The position numbers and the translations under genes are program-made. A DNA stretch of 64,000 nucleotides from Nitrospirota bacterium (lineage in GTDB: Bacteria; Nitrospirota; Nitrospiria; SBBL01; JAADHI01): NCBI GenBank assembly GCA_029261135.1, contig JAJDBX010000006.1:64123-128122 (forward strand), given 5' to 3'. This document shows positions 29,678 to 38,130 of the stretch, piece after piece. The notes beneath the pieces were generated by a model that was given only the letters and a program-made list of their open reading frames with translations, did no database searches and had not been told where the DNA came from. The number at the start of each line of letters is the position of its first letter. Position 1 is the first letter of the stretch.

Positions 29678-30208
29678 TCATTTCTTCAATAAGTCATCAC
29701 CAATCAGAATCGGATGAAATTGTAAACCACCGCTAAAAGTAGAGGGATGGGCTGCGAGCATTTTTCCTGCGATTTCGGGGCGATGAACTGCCTCCGCCAA
29801 GACGGTATTAATGGAGAAATCGAGTATTTCCATCGTCGGGAAGGTGAGCCAGGCATGCAGTTTTAGATGGATATTTTTTTGGCCCTTTTTTAAGAATTCA
29901 GCAAGGTCGTCATGGCTCAATTTGAAATAATCATTGGGAGGCATATGGACATAGCCGATCGTATAAAAAACAGGACACTCGAATACATCTTCTACGGTTT
30001 CTTGTAAGTTCTGATGAAGACTGAGATGCTGTGCCTTAATATCATCAAGACTCATGCTTTTGAAGAGATCCTTTACCGCTAAAGTGAGCTGCTGCATGCT
30101 TGAAGCATTCATGAGACGCTCATCTGAAAAATAAGTTTCAGGGACATCTAAGCCCTGTTCTTTTGTCCAGCTGAGAGCCTCTTCAAAGGCGTCCTTATAA
30201 TGATCCAT
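29678..30208 (-). CDS. hypothetical protein (orphan, no recognisable domain)
   Basis: 176-aa ORF with an ATG start, lying between repeat copies A and B. Confidence 0.5.
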   Translation of the reverse strand: MDHYKDAFEEALSWTKEQGLDVPETYFSDERLMNASSMQQLTLAVKDLFKSMSLDDIKAQHLSLHQNLQETVEDVFECPVFYTIGYVHMPPNDYFKLSHDDLAEFLKKGQKNIHLKLHAWLTFPTMEILDFSINTVLAEAVHRPEIAGKMLAAHPSTFSGGLQFHPILIGDDLLKK

Positions 30209-30304
30209 TATGCCGCCCTGCTTGCCTTTTTCCAGTCAAACAATTTCTTGTTTCTCACGTTCTTCATGCGCTCTCGAGATACCCCGGCCTTAAATTAGAG
30301 GAAT

Positions 30305-30472
30305 CTAAATTTTCGGCTGAGTGTAGTCCTTAAAGAAATGAAGATCAAGGAATGGCGAATCGGAGAATCTTAAGTTGAGCCGAAAAAACGCAAATCCCCT
30401 ACCCTAATAAATGACTGCGTGCTGAAACTTCGGGATGCGCTTTCGTAGAACCTGCTCTTATCCTTCACCCAC
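30305..30472. repeat. copy B of the direct-repeat family
   Basis: See copy A. The distal half also matches copy C. Confidence 0.8.
30320..30348 (-). promoter_or_regulatory. sigma70-like promoter for the 176-aa orphan gene (TTGATC-17 nt-TACACT on the minus strand)
   Basis: The -35 reverse complement is at 30343-30348 and the -10 at 30320-30325, with a 17-nt spacer. It is homologous to the hsdM promoter in copy A. Confidence 0.45.
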
Positions 30473-30571
30473 CCAAGATACCGCAGGGTCACTTCTTGAC
30501 TTTTCCAAAAAGAAAAACATACAGTTCAGTATTGATATACTTCAATATTGAGTTATGGGAAAATTGACTGA

Positions 30572-31654
30572 ATGAGTATCTTTGCAGAGAATCAGAAACC
30601 CAGCGTGCGATTAATGCCCGCCTTCCCGAAAGCGTCTAATCGCGCATTTTTCCAACAAAATCATGCAATGCCGCCAGACATGCACTTACAGCGCATGCTT
30701 GGAAATCAAGGTATCCAAGACCTGCAAGAAAGAACCACAAGAGCCGCGTCCCCAAGCGAAGCACTCAATGCCCTGGCATCGCCACAATTTCAAAGCACTG
30801 CAAGCACATCGAATATCATACAACGCCAGGAGGTCGAAACAGGCGGCGCAGAAACGGCGCCCGGTTTGGATCTAATTGGATTAGAGGGTGTGGGACTTCC
30901 CGTCGTGAGGCCTGAAGGCAGCCCATGTCAGGGCGATCAATTGCATACCATCAATACGATAAGGGGTGTCGCGCAAACCTGGAGAGAAGCCGCTTTGACT
31001 TGGCTGAGCGATTTTCAATCCCATGTCCGCCGTTATGCACCACACACTGAAGGACGCTATGCCCGGATTGGAAGGATTGTCTATCGTGATCTACAAATGC
31101 TCGATGCCCATTTTGGGATTCGGGGACCACTCTGGAGGAACCGCCGCCAGCGTTGGCCCATGTCGGAAACGGATTCATTCTCAGTTGAAAGTTTCGAAGA
31201 ATTTGCAAACAGCATTAACCCCATACGTAGGGCCTTTTCGGGCCTCAGCTTGGCCAGTTTAGCCCCCTACTGTTCCGATACCTGTCCAGAAAATGGTGAA
31301 GGGGCGGATCGCTTGGGCAGTGCTCATGCTGGCTCGAACACCTACACCCTCTTTTTTGGATGTTTTGCCGAGAACATTGCAGAAGAAAGATTCACCGGGG
31401 TGGTCTTGCATGAAGCGTTTCATGCCACATACAGTGATTTCAACCACGACACCTATTCATTCCAAAGTCATTACCCCGGTCGTGACGCACTGAGCAACGC
31501 AGATTCGTATGCCACCTTTGCAGCCTATGTGGCATTGGGGAAAGATTATCGGCGATTTATTCGGGCCGCTGAGGCCTTAGAAATCATCGGAGAAGTGCCC
31601 GAAGCAAGTCCCGCTGAAACCGAAACCACTCTGGGTGAGACCCCAAGCGAATAA
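30572..31654 (+). CDS. aspzincin (M35-like) metallopeptidase-domain protein with an N-terminal LQRxxGNQ-type leader
   Basis: Leader FAENQKPS...MHLQRMLGNQGIQDLQ...IIQRQ. The C-terminal domain carries VVLHEAFHAT (HExxH), HDTYSF (DxxY) and LSNADSYATFAAY (the NADSY block of peptidyl-Lys/M35 enzymes). Confidence 0.65.
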   Translation: MSIFAENQKPSVRLMPAFPKASNRAFFQQNHAMPPDMHLQRMLGNQGIQDLQERTTRAASPSEALNALASPQFQSTASTSNIIQRQEVETGGAETAPGLDLIGLEGVGLPVVRPEGSPCQGDQLHTINTIRGVAQTWREAALTWLSDFQSHVRRYAPHTEGRYARIGRIVYRDLQMLDAHFGIRGPLWRNRRQRWPMSETDSFSVESFEEFANSINPIRRAFSGLSLASLAPYCSDTCPENGEGADRLGSAHAGSNTYTLFFGCFAENIAEERFTGVVLHEAFHATYSDFNHDTYSFQSHYPGRDALSNADSYATFAAYVALGKDYRRFIRAAEALEIIGEVPEASPAETETTLGETPSE

Positions 31655-31727
31655 ATCAGACAAGGATTTCGCCTCGGATAAAAAACTATTTTCAGAGAAA
31701 ACCTCCATTTGCTCAAATCGCTTGCAC

Positions 31728-31794
31728 TTAAGAATGACTGCGTACTGAATACTACGGGTTGCGCTTTCGGTGATACGGCCCTTACCCCCATCAC
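31728..31794. repeat. copy C (distal half only) of the direct-repeat family
   Basis: AATGACTGCGTACTGAATACTACGGGTTGCGCTTTCGGTGATACGGCCCTTACCCCCATCAC versus copy B AATGACTGCGTGCTGAAACTTCGGGATGCGCTTTCGTAGAACCTGCTCTTATCCTTCACC. Confidence 0.7.
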
Positions 31795-31915
31795 AACAAA
31801 ACCCCTAGCACCGACTACTTAGGCATTACCCGCCACGTCCTCCTCTCCAAACTCAAAAAAACCGTGGAAACGAAGATGGCGCCGCCCGAAAAATAGGCCG
31901 CTCGTAAAGAGCTTC

Positions 31916-33922
31916 CTATAGGATTCCTTCGGATTTACCCTCTACGAGCAGTGTTGACATCCGGCTTGACATTTCTGAGAGTTTTTTCGAGGCACCTTGA
32001 ATATGATCCGCGCTCGTCGCGGCATCCTCCGAAGTGGAAAGGATGTCATTGATATCCCGCACAACCTCGTCCGTGCCCCTTGCTGCATCGGCCATATTTT
32101 GACTGATCACATTTGTTGTTGTGGATTGTTCCTCTACGGCACCGGAAATCGTCACGGAAATCTCGTTGTTGTGCTGGATAATTTCAGTGATCTCTTCAAT
32201 GGCTCCGACGGCATCTTTCGTACTATCCTGAATAGATGTAATTTGCTCCCGGATCTCTTCAGTTGCTTTTGCAGTCCCCTTTGCCAGGTCTTTGACCTCA
32301 CTCGCAACAACTGCAAAACCCTTTCCGGCTTCTCCCGCACGGGCAGCCTCAATCGTCGCGTTCAATGCGAGGAGGTTTGTCTGTTCTGCAATCATTGTAA
32401 TGACCTCGACGACTTTTCCGATTTCATGACTCGAGTGGTCGAGTTTTGTGATCATATCATTCATTATATTTGCCTTCGATACAGCATCTGAAGAGATCTT
32501 AGTGGCCTCCTGCACGTTTCTTGAGATTTCTCGTACTGTCACAGACATCTCCTCCGCCGCCGCCGCAACGTTTTGAACATTTTTGTTCGTCTGATCGCTA
32601 ATTTCTGCAACGGTCTTCGCCTGTCGACTGGTTTCTTCGGCTGACATCCGCATCTCAGTACTTGCATCTTCAAGTTGCTCCGATGCCGAAGCGAGCGAGC
32701 TGCTGGTCTCTCCCAGGGATTCCTTCAGCTTTGCCTTCATCGTAACCACCCGCCAGTTCGCCATCGTTCCAATCCACTCATTATTGTGGTCATAGATAGC
32801 GTTGGCAGTCAGTTCAATGAACTCATCTCCGAGTTGAATTGTCCCTTCATATGGCATGCTCTGATCATCCCTTAAGATTTTTCTCACACGGGCAGGGTCT
32901 TTGTGGAAGTTATCTATATTTTTCCCAATGATTTCATTGGCTCGGTAGGGGAGGAGATGTTCAATCTTCTGAAGCGTTTTCGTCGATGCGGGATTCATAT
33001 AGACAATGTTAAAATCCTTATCTGCAAACATAAAGTTATCACCCGCATTTTCGATCATCGCCGAAACACGGGCCATCTTGACCTTCTGGCGCTCACCACT
33101 TTTCAAGCCTTCAATCATCGCGGCCACCCCTTTTGTCAAGGCCCCGATTTCACCATAACTTTTTGTGTCGATGTTGACGTTTAGATCTCCCTGACGAATC
33201 GACTCCACCACATTCTGAAGGGATTTTACCGGTCGAGAAATCGATCGAGCGATAAAAAAACTGACAACGGTGGTCAGCACGACACTGATCAAAAGAACAG
33301 TCAAGGAGAATAATGAAAACTGCTTGTTACTTTTAATGCTCTGATCAAAGAGCCCCAATGTCCTATGTCTGAAGTACGTTTCCGTCTCTTCCATCGCTTC
33401 AAGCGCTTCAAGGTTTACCATGTTGATCTCAGACATCAATGCGCTTCCGTTTTCCATCGCAGCTTGGGCGGCAAACATCTTCCCTTCTCCGTCTGCGGTC
33501 ACTTTTTCATCGGCAAAAATAAAGATCTTTTTTGATAACTCGGAAACCCTTGCAGCCCCTTCATCCATTTTCTGAATATTTTGGATGATGCTTGGATCTT
33601 TCTCGTTTATAAGTATTTTTTGAAGAGCCTCGGCTTCTTTCTCATAGTTTTGAAGGTTTTGATCAAAGCGCTCCCGCGCCTTCATCGTATTCCAGTCGAC
33701 CAAGACACTCCCGGCAGGTTCCGAAATACTCCGGAGAGCGCCCGTCGTGTTGCCGATGGCTTCTGACTCTTCCAACATGGTTTTGGCTTCCTTAAAAGCA
33801 TGGTTTGAAACACCAATAATTTTGGAAATCAAAATCCAGACGACGACAATCGACAAAAGACTCACGCCAACACTTGAAAAAAGCTTGTTTTGAATACTCA
33901 TCTCCCGGAATTTTTCTAACAT
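31916..33922 (-). CDS. methyl-accepting chemotaxis protein (periplasmic sensor, HAMP, PAS, MCP signalling domain)
   Basis: Two TM helices, a HAMP segment ([20 protein letters not shown]) and a PAS-like segment. The highly conserved hairpin is [37 protein letters not shown]. Confidence 0.92.
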   Translation of the reverse strand: MLEKFREMSIQNKLFSSVGVSLLSIVVVWILISKIIGVSNHAFKEAKTMLEESEAIGNTTGALRSISEPAGSVLVDWNTMKARERFDQNLQNYEKEAEALQKILINEKDPSIIQNIQKMDEGAARVSELSKKIFIFADEKVTADGEGKMFAAQAAMENGSALMSEINMVNLEALEAMEETETYFRHRTLGLFDQSIKSNKQFSLFSLTVLLISVVLTTVVSFFIARSISRPVKSLQNVVESIRQGDLNVNIDTKSYGEIGALTKGVAAMIEGLKSGERQKVKMARVSAMIENAGDNFMFADKDFNIVYMNPASTKTLQKIEHLLPYRANEIIGKNIDNFHKDPARVRKILRDDQSMPYEGTIQLGDEFIELTANAIYDHNNEWIGTMANWRVVTMKAKLKESLGETSSSLASASEQLEDASTEMRMSAEETSRQAKTVAEISDQTNKNVQNVAAAAEEMSVTVREISRNVQEATKISSDAVSKANIMNDMITKLDHSSHEIGKVVEVITMIAEQTNLLALNATIEAARAGEAGKGFAVVASEVKDLAKGTAKATEEIREQITSIQDSTKDAVGAIEEITEIIQHNNEISVTISGAVEEQSTTTNVISQNMADAARGTDEVVRDINDILSTSEDAATSADHIQGASKKLSEMSSRMSTLLVEGKSEGIL

Positions 33923-33962
33923 ATCGACCTCCTAAAACGGGCGTGCCCTACATTTTAAAGAT

Positions 33963-34334
33963 TCATGCAATCTTCTCAAAATTCATCACCATGAAAAAAA
34001 TCAGGATCATGGTCTCCGGGGTCTGAGCAAACTTCGCCATAATGCGTGATAATCCAAAACAAGGTTTCCCTTGCCCAAACTTACCTTCTATTGCGATCCG
34101 ATCAATTGTATCTCACCCAGGGAGTTTCTTTTCCTGCTTCAGCTTTGTAGCGTTTTGACCTGCAAGGTTTTTGGGTCATCCCAAGGCTTTCCCCGATAAG
34201 GGTAATACCCGAATCGCTTTCGATCGCCCTCGATTTCTCCCTTTCAATCTCCCAATTCAGGGAATCTGTTTTAAGTGAATGAACCATTGATTGTCGCTCC
34301 TCAGTTTCTCGCCAAAGGGTAGATAAGACCCTCA
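33963..34334 (-). pseudogene. IS4/IS5-superfamily (DDE_Tnp_1-type) transposase, C-terminal remnant with frameshifts
   Basis: The minus-strand frame gives RIAIEGKFGQGKPCFGLSRIMAKFAQTPETMILIFFMVMNFEKIA*. This C-terminal signature is one I associate with IS5/IS1182-type transposases. Upstream pieces such as SGKALG.PKNL lie in other frames. Confidence 0.6.
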
Positions 34335-34364
34335 AAGAATAAGTGATTCGAATCACTTATTCTT
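34335..34364. repeat. 30-bp perfect palindrome AAGAATAAGTGATTC|GAATCACTTATTCTT
   Basis: Checked base by base (15 complementary pairs, no loop). Confidence 0.9.
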
Positions 34365-34536
34365 CTCCAATACATCTGGGCGCCTTGGTCTACCCTCTCT
34401 AGGGACTTAAGATCATTTCCCTTGGACTTGGAACAGGAGATTACAGCCTCAATCATCTTTAAATCATCAACTTAGATGTTTTTCAGCAATCTCGACCGTA
34501 ACACCCCATGTTCCAAAATAAAAGGATCCATATTTT

Positions 34537-34989
34537 CTATTTCATTGGAAAAGTCCCCACGATTTTTATGGTCGATCCGTCTGTACCATTAATGCTGCCC
34601 GCACTGACATAACCAAGGGCTCCGGCGAAAGATTGCACATATTCAATCACTTGCGCATCACTCCCGAGTTTTGGTGGAATGGGCACACCGCTTTTATAGC
34701 GCTGGCCGACCCAGTATTTATCGAGTTGATCCGTATTCTTGTGTATGACATCTTTTAAGTAGACCATCCGTTCAGGGGGTGAGCCCTTGCGGTCAACCGA
34801 ACGGACTTTCTGCCCATTCGGCCACGATATGGCCTCTTTCAACATATATTTCTTGACCTCTTGCGGAGAAAGATCTGAGACAGAATTCTCTGCATTCACA
34901 ATAAACACAAGGTTTTCCGCCAAAACAATCCGGGGTGCCATTATCAATAGACCCATAACAAATATTTTAAAAAGTCGGTGCAATTTCAT
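34537..34989 (-). CDS. small periplasmic PBP-like (PstS/PBP_like_2-type) substrate-binding-domain protein
   Basis: SD GGAGGG lies 4 nt before ATG 34989. Signal peptide, then LVFIVNAENSVSDLSPQEVKKYML...WPNG...GALGYVSAG. This resembles single-lobe phosphate-binding-like domains. Confidence 0.6.
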   Translation of the reverse strand: MKLHRLFKIFVMGLLIMAPRIVLAENLVFIVNAENSVSDLSPQEVKKYMLKEAISWPNGQKVRSVDRKGSPPERMVYLKDVIHKNTDQLDKYWVGQRYKSGVPIPPKLGSDAQVIEYVQSFAGALGYVSAGSINGTDGSTIKIVGTFPMK

Positions 34990-35036
34990 GATGCCCTCCA
35001 TTTTCATAGAATTTAATCCTAACTAAGGATGTAAAA

Positions 35037-36230
35037 TTAGAATGCAAAAGCGGTTTGAAAGTTGATCCCATATTTTGAACGATTACCGTCCGAGTGCCGT
35101 ATGAGTTCTACTTTTATCCGGTTTAATGCAAAAAGATCATAAGCCACACCGATCATGGTGGCCTCGAAGTTAGGAATAAAATGTCGTGTTAGGACTCCGT
35201 CGCCTTCACGAAGTGCCATATAAGGCCCACCGTTTGCGGAAGGGAGAGCTGTCCGGTCATATCGGATGTAGGGATGAAGGGTATCATCCATGAAATTCAG
35301 AGAAAGCTCAGCCAGTAGACTTTCAAAATTAAAAGGGCCTCCTGGAACATTACCGATCTTGTCTTTCTGAGTGGATCCAGCATACTCCATAATCAGACTG
35401 AAACGTTCACTGTAAAGGACGATATAGGGATTGAATCCCACTTCCTCCAGTTTCGCAGCTTCACCCGTCGCAGTACTTGCCGTATCCCCATAGTTGGGTC
35501 CGACCTTGAAGGTATTCAGCTCTGCCACCCAGCCACTTAGCCCGATCCGGAAATCTCTGTGTGAAGGGAAAACCCACTCAAGCAGTCCTGTAACGGTTTT
35601 TCTTTCTCCGACATCCCTGTTTGAGATAAGAATAGTAGGATCGATGCCTCTTGAGTTTGCGACAGAAACCGCATAATTCAGAGAATGCGCCCCTCTTGTC
35701 GGGAAATTGCCGTAAAAATGGATACCGGTCGAGTGGTTTGGAACCAAACCGAGTTCTTCTTCATCAAAATCAGGAATTTGAATTGAGGACATCAGCCATG
35801 CGCGGCTATAGAGTGTTCGATTGTGAAATCCGATCGGTGTAAAAAACGAGCCGACTTGTACATTAAACTTGTTGCTAATTCGGTAATCAAGGTAGGTTCG
35901 TTCGACATCCAATCCGATATCACTCGATCCGCCTCGCTCAAGCTGCAGGTTGATTTCACTGAGCACGGATAGCCGATCAGTGAGCTCACCAAGGATGACA
36001 AGATCAATTCCGGTATTTCCGAACCCGTTGTTCTCACTCAAAGGAAAGGCGTCTGTGCCGTCACTTGCGTACAAAGCCGCATCAGCAGCGTCTGCCGGCC
36101 CTCCCCAAGTACTCCCGAAGGTCATATCGCCAAAGCCCGAAAATTCGATGTTGGCCCCTTTTGCAATATTCGGGGTCAACATCAAGAGAAGGATGATGAC
36201 CACCCTTGTAAACACTTGTTTCTTCAACAT
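35037..36230 (-). CDS. outer-membrane porin-like beta-barrel protein
   Basis: SD AAGGAG precedes MLKKQVF (36230). The signal peptide ends at AKGA. The body is beta-strand-rich and the C-terminus is ...NFQTAFAF. Confidence 0.6.
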   Translation of the reverse strand: MLKKQVFTRVVIILLLMLTPNIAKGANIEFSGFGDMTFGSTWGGPADAADAALYASDGTDAFPLSENNGFGNTGIDLVILGELTDRLSVLSEINLQLERGGSSDIGLDVERTYLDYRISNKFNVQVGSFFTPIGFHNRTLYSRAWLMSSIQIPDFDEEELGLVPNHSTGIHFYGNFPTRGAHSLNYAVSVANSRGIDPTILISNRDVGERKTVTGLLEWVFPSHRDFRIGLSGWVAELNTFKVGPNYGDTASTATGEAAKLEEVGFNPYIVLYSERFSLIMEYAGSTQKDKIGNVPGGPFNFESLLAELSLNFMDDTLHPYIRYDRTALPSANGGPYMALREGDGVLTRHFIPNFEATMIGVAYDLFALNRIKVELIRHSDGNRSKYGINFQTAFAF

Positions 36231-36252
36231 GATTGTTCTCCTTATTTGGTTG

Positions 36253-37089
36253 TTAACTATGATCAGATTCATTTCCCAGGCCAAACTCAAAAATCATTTT
36301 GTTTGTTTCATCGATTCTGACTTCAACTTCCTTTGTGATTCGATGGGGATTTTCGTAGCGGGGGCGGAATTCTTTCCCCCTTTTGTCGCTCATATTTTGT
36401 ATCTGGTAACCCTCTTGAAAAGCGACAATGCGGTATATTCCAGGAGGGATTTGATCGATTTCAAATTTTCCATCTGAATTCGTCACCGAAAAATAGTCAT
36501 GTTCTAAAGAAACGATTAGACCATTCATATGAGTGTGGATATCACACTGCAAGCGAAAAATACCTGCTCGACTGTTTTTTCGAATGATGGTCTGTTGCCA
36601 CCGATGTATCGGCAAACCGAAGTTAAGGAGGGTTGCATTATTTTCGAAACGAAAGAGATGGATATTGTGGGTAATAAAATCGTCATGTCGAAAACCAATA
36701 AGCTCTCCCTTGACTGCCCCCATAACTCTGGGATGGAACTGACATCCTTTAATCACGTTGACATGACGACTCTGAGGTGAACGTCCTTTTGTGATATCTT
36801 CCAAGTAGACGACCACATTCTGTATCCCGCGATTGTCCGGATTGACAAGCAAGGCGTCATCGAGAAAGGTTTTGCCACAGAAATCAGTATTTTTGTTGAT
36901 GGTTAGGACTTGTCTCCCGGGAATGACCTTAGCCCCCCATCGGACAACGCCCCGGATACCCCCCCCCTGAACCACCTCAACCGCTTCATAGGCAAAAGTA
37001 TGATGAGGGCGAGTGAGAAAAAGAACGATGAGCAATAGCAGATAATATGCCCCTGTTCGAAAAACAGACGTTTTAGTGTTCAACTTCAT
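36253..37089 (-). CDS. secreted cupredoxin-like domain fused to a CarboxypepD_reg-like domain
   Basis: Signal peptide. Type-1 copper ligand pattern ITHNIHLF ... LQCDIHTHMNG (H...C-x2-H-x2-M, as in amicyanin/plastocyanin). The C-terminus SVTNSDGKFEIDQIPPGIYRIVAFQEGY matches the carboxypeptidase-regulatory fold signature. Confidence 0.6.
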   Translation of the reverse strand: MKLNTKTSVFRTGAYYLLLLIVLFLTRPHHTFAYEAVEVVQGGGIRGVVRWGAKVIPGRQVLTINKNTDFCGKTFLDDALLVNPDNRGIQNVVVYLEDITKGRSPQSRHVNVIKGCQFHPRVMGAVKGELIGFRHDDFITHNIHLFRFENNATLLNFGLPIHRWQQTIIRKNSRAGIFRLQCDIHTHMNGLIVSLEHDYFSVTNSDGKFEIDQIPPGIYRIVAFQEGYQIQNMSDKRGKEFRPRYENPHRITKEVEVRIDETNKMIFEFGLGNESDHS

Positions 37090-37273
37090 GGTTTAGACCT
37101 TTCTAAAAACATGGCATCCCATTCTTTGAGGAAACCGACTGTGCAATAAATTAAACTATATCAGAGATTTAATTTTATGCAGAAGAGGTGAAAGTGAAAT
37201 TAATAATATATATAAATAATTGAAATATACTAAATAAACACAGATTTAATAAATCAATTATGGATAATTTAAA

Positions 37274-37595
37274 ATGAAATATCTTCGAGAAAAAAGCACC
37301 TTGGGGATTGCGGCCTCAAAGACTGGGATGGATGAAAAGACCGACCGAAAATATCGGGATCTGGGTAAACTTCCCAGTGAGATAAAGGCGGAAGCGTACG
37401 GACTTGGCAAACGAGAGAAGACGTATTTGAAGGGATTTGGTGGCAAGCCTGCGCCATAACCCAAGACTTGAGGCAAAGACCTTGTTTGAATATTTTCAGC
37501 GAGCGTCCCCGGGACAATTTTCGGATGGTCAGATTAGAACCTTTCAGCCCTGGGTAAAACCCTGGCGAGCAAAGAAAGATCCTGCGAAGGGAGAG
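37274..37595 (+). pseudogene. IS transposase (integrase-core/rve type), N-terminal remnant; frameshifted and 3'-truncated
   Basis: GIAASKTGMDEKTDRKYRDLGKLPSE, TWQTREDVFEGIW and NPRLEAKTLFEYFQRASPGQFSDGQIRTFQPWVKPWRAKKDPAKGE lie in three frames. The coding signal ends abruptly at the TBDR-tail repeat. Confidence 0.65.
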
Positions 37596-38003
37596 CGAAT
37601 CGTGGGAGGGAAATATTGATCGGAATCACCCCGGAAATTTTGAGGTGACGACTATCATGGTATAATAAGGTGCTGTTTCGCTTTGACAAAAAGTGCTGTA
37701 TCGCTCATAATTTTGGAAAGAATCAAGCCTATGGATTGTACCCAGGATAAATAAACAATCAAGGGAATCCCTAATCTATGAGAATGCGTTTTCCTAGGTT
37801 CTTGTTCGCCAAATCGGGAATTGTTATTATCTTCTCGTTCGTGCCAGTGATGACAGTCCGAACAAGGGCAAGAGGTGTCAAACCAGAGATTCCTGAGTTC
37901 TTTGATCTGAGCTTTGAGGAACTTAGCAATATCCAAGTCCACGTTCCTGCTGTCCTCACAAAACTTTCGCCCGAAGAAATACCGGCCTCTATTACCGTGA
38001 TTA
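37596..38003 (+). repeat. copy 1 of a ~408-bp diverged direct repeat (TBDR 3' tail + intergenic region + TBDR 5' fragment)
   Basis: Aligns with 40106-40511 over its full length, roughly 85% identical by eye. It includes a perfectly conserved stretch ACCCAGGATAAATAAACAATCAAGGGAATCCCTAATCTATGAGAATGC. Confidence 0.9.
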
Positions 38004-38092
38004 TCGCTGGAGACATTCGACTGACACCTGGCCATCCTTACCACTTCCTAGACAGAAAAAGATATTACCAAGGCAAAAGAATATTAAGGTGA
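37778..38092 (+). pseudogene. TonB-dependent receptor, 5' fragment (signal peptide and start of plug only)
   Basis: MRMRFPRFLF...FDLSFEELSNIQVHVPAVLTKLSPEEIPASITVIIAGDIRL, after which the sequence is unrelated and hits a stop. Confidence 0.7.
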
Positions 38093-38130
38093 ACTAGTTT
38101 CTGGTCAAGCGGATTATAAGGGTCGCAACC

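Noticed and set aside
29371-31794. Integron cassette array (attC sites) as the explanation for the repeat family
   Set aside because: No intI gene or attI is visible. Only copy B contains a GTTRRRY-like core (GTTGAGC), and I found no matching RYYYAAC partner. The two intervening genes have opposite orientations. I keep it only as a generic cassette-like repeat.
34343-34356. tRNA T-arm-like GATTCGAATC
   Set aside because: It is simply the centre of the 30-bp perfect palindrome. No acceptor or anticodon arms can be folded around it.
37655-38044. Minus-strand ORFs 37655..38044, 37771..38016 and 40279..40467
   Set aside because: They mirror the repeated TBDR 5' fragments. Their conservation between copies is explained by the plus-strand repeat, and they have no independent coding signal.
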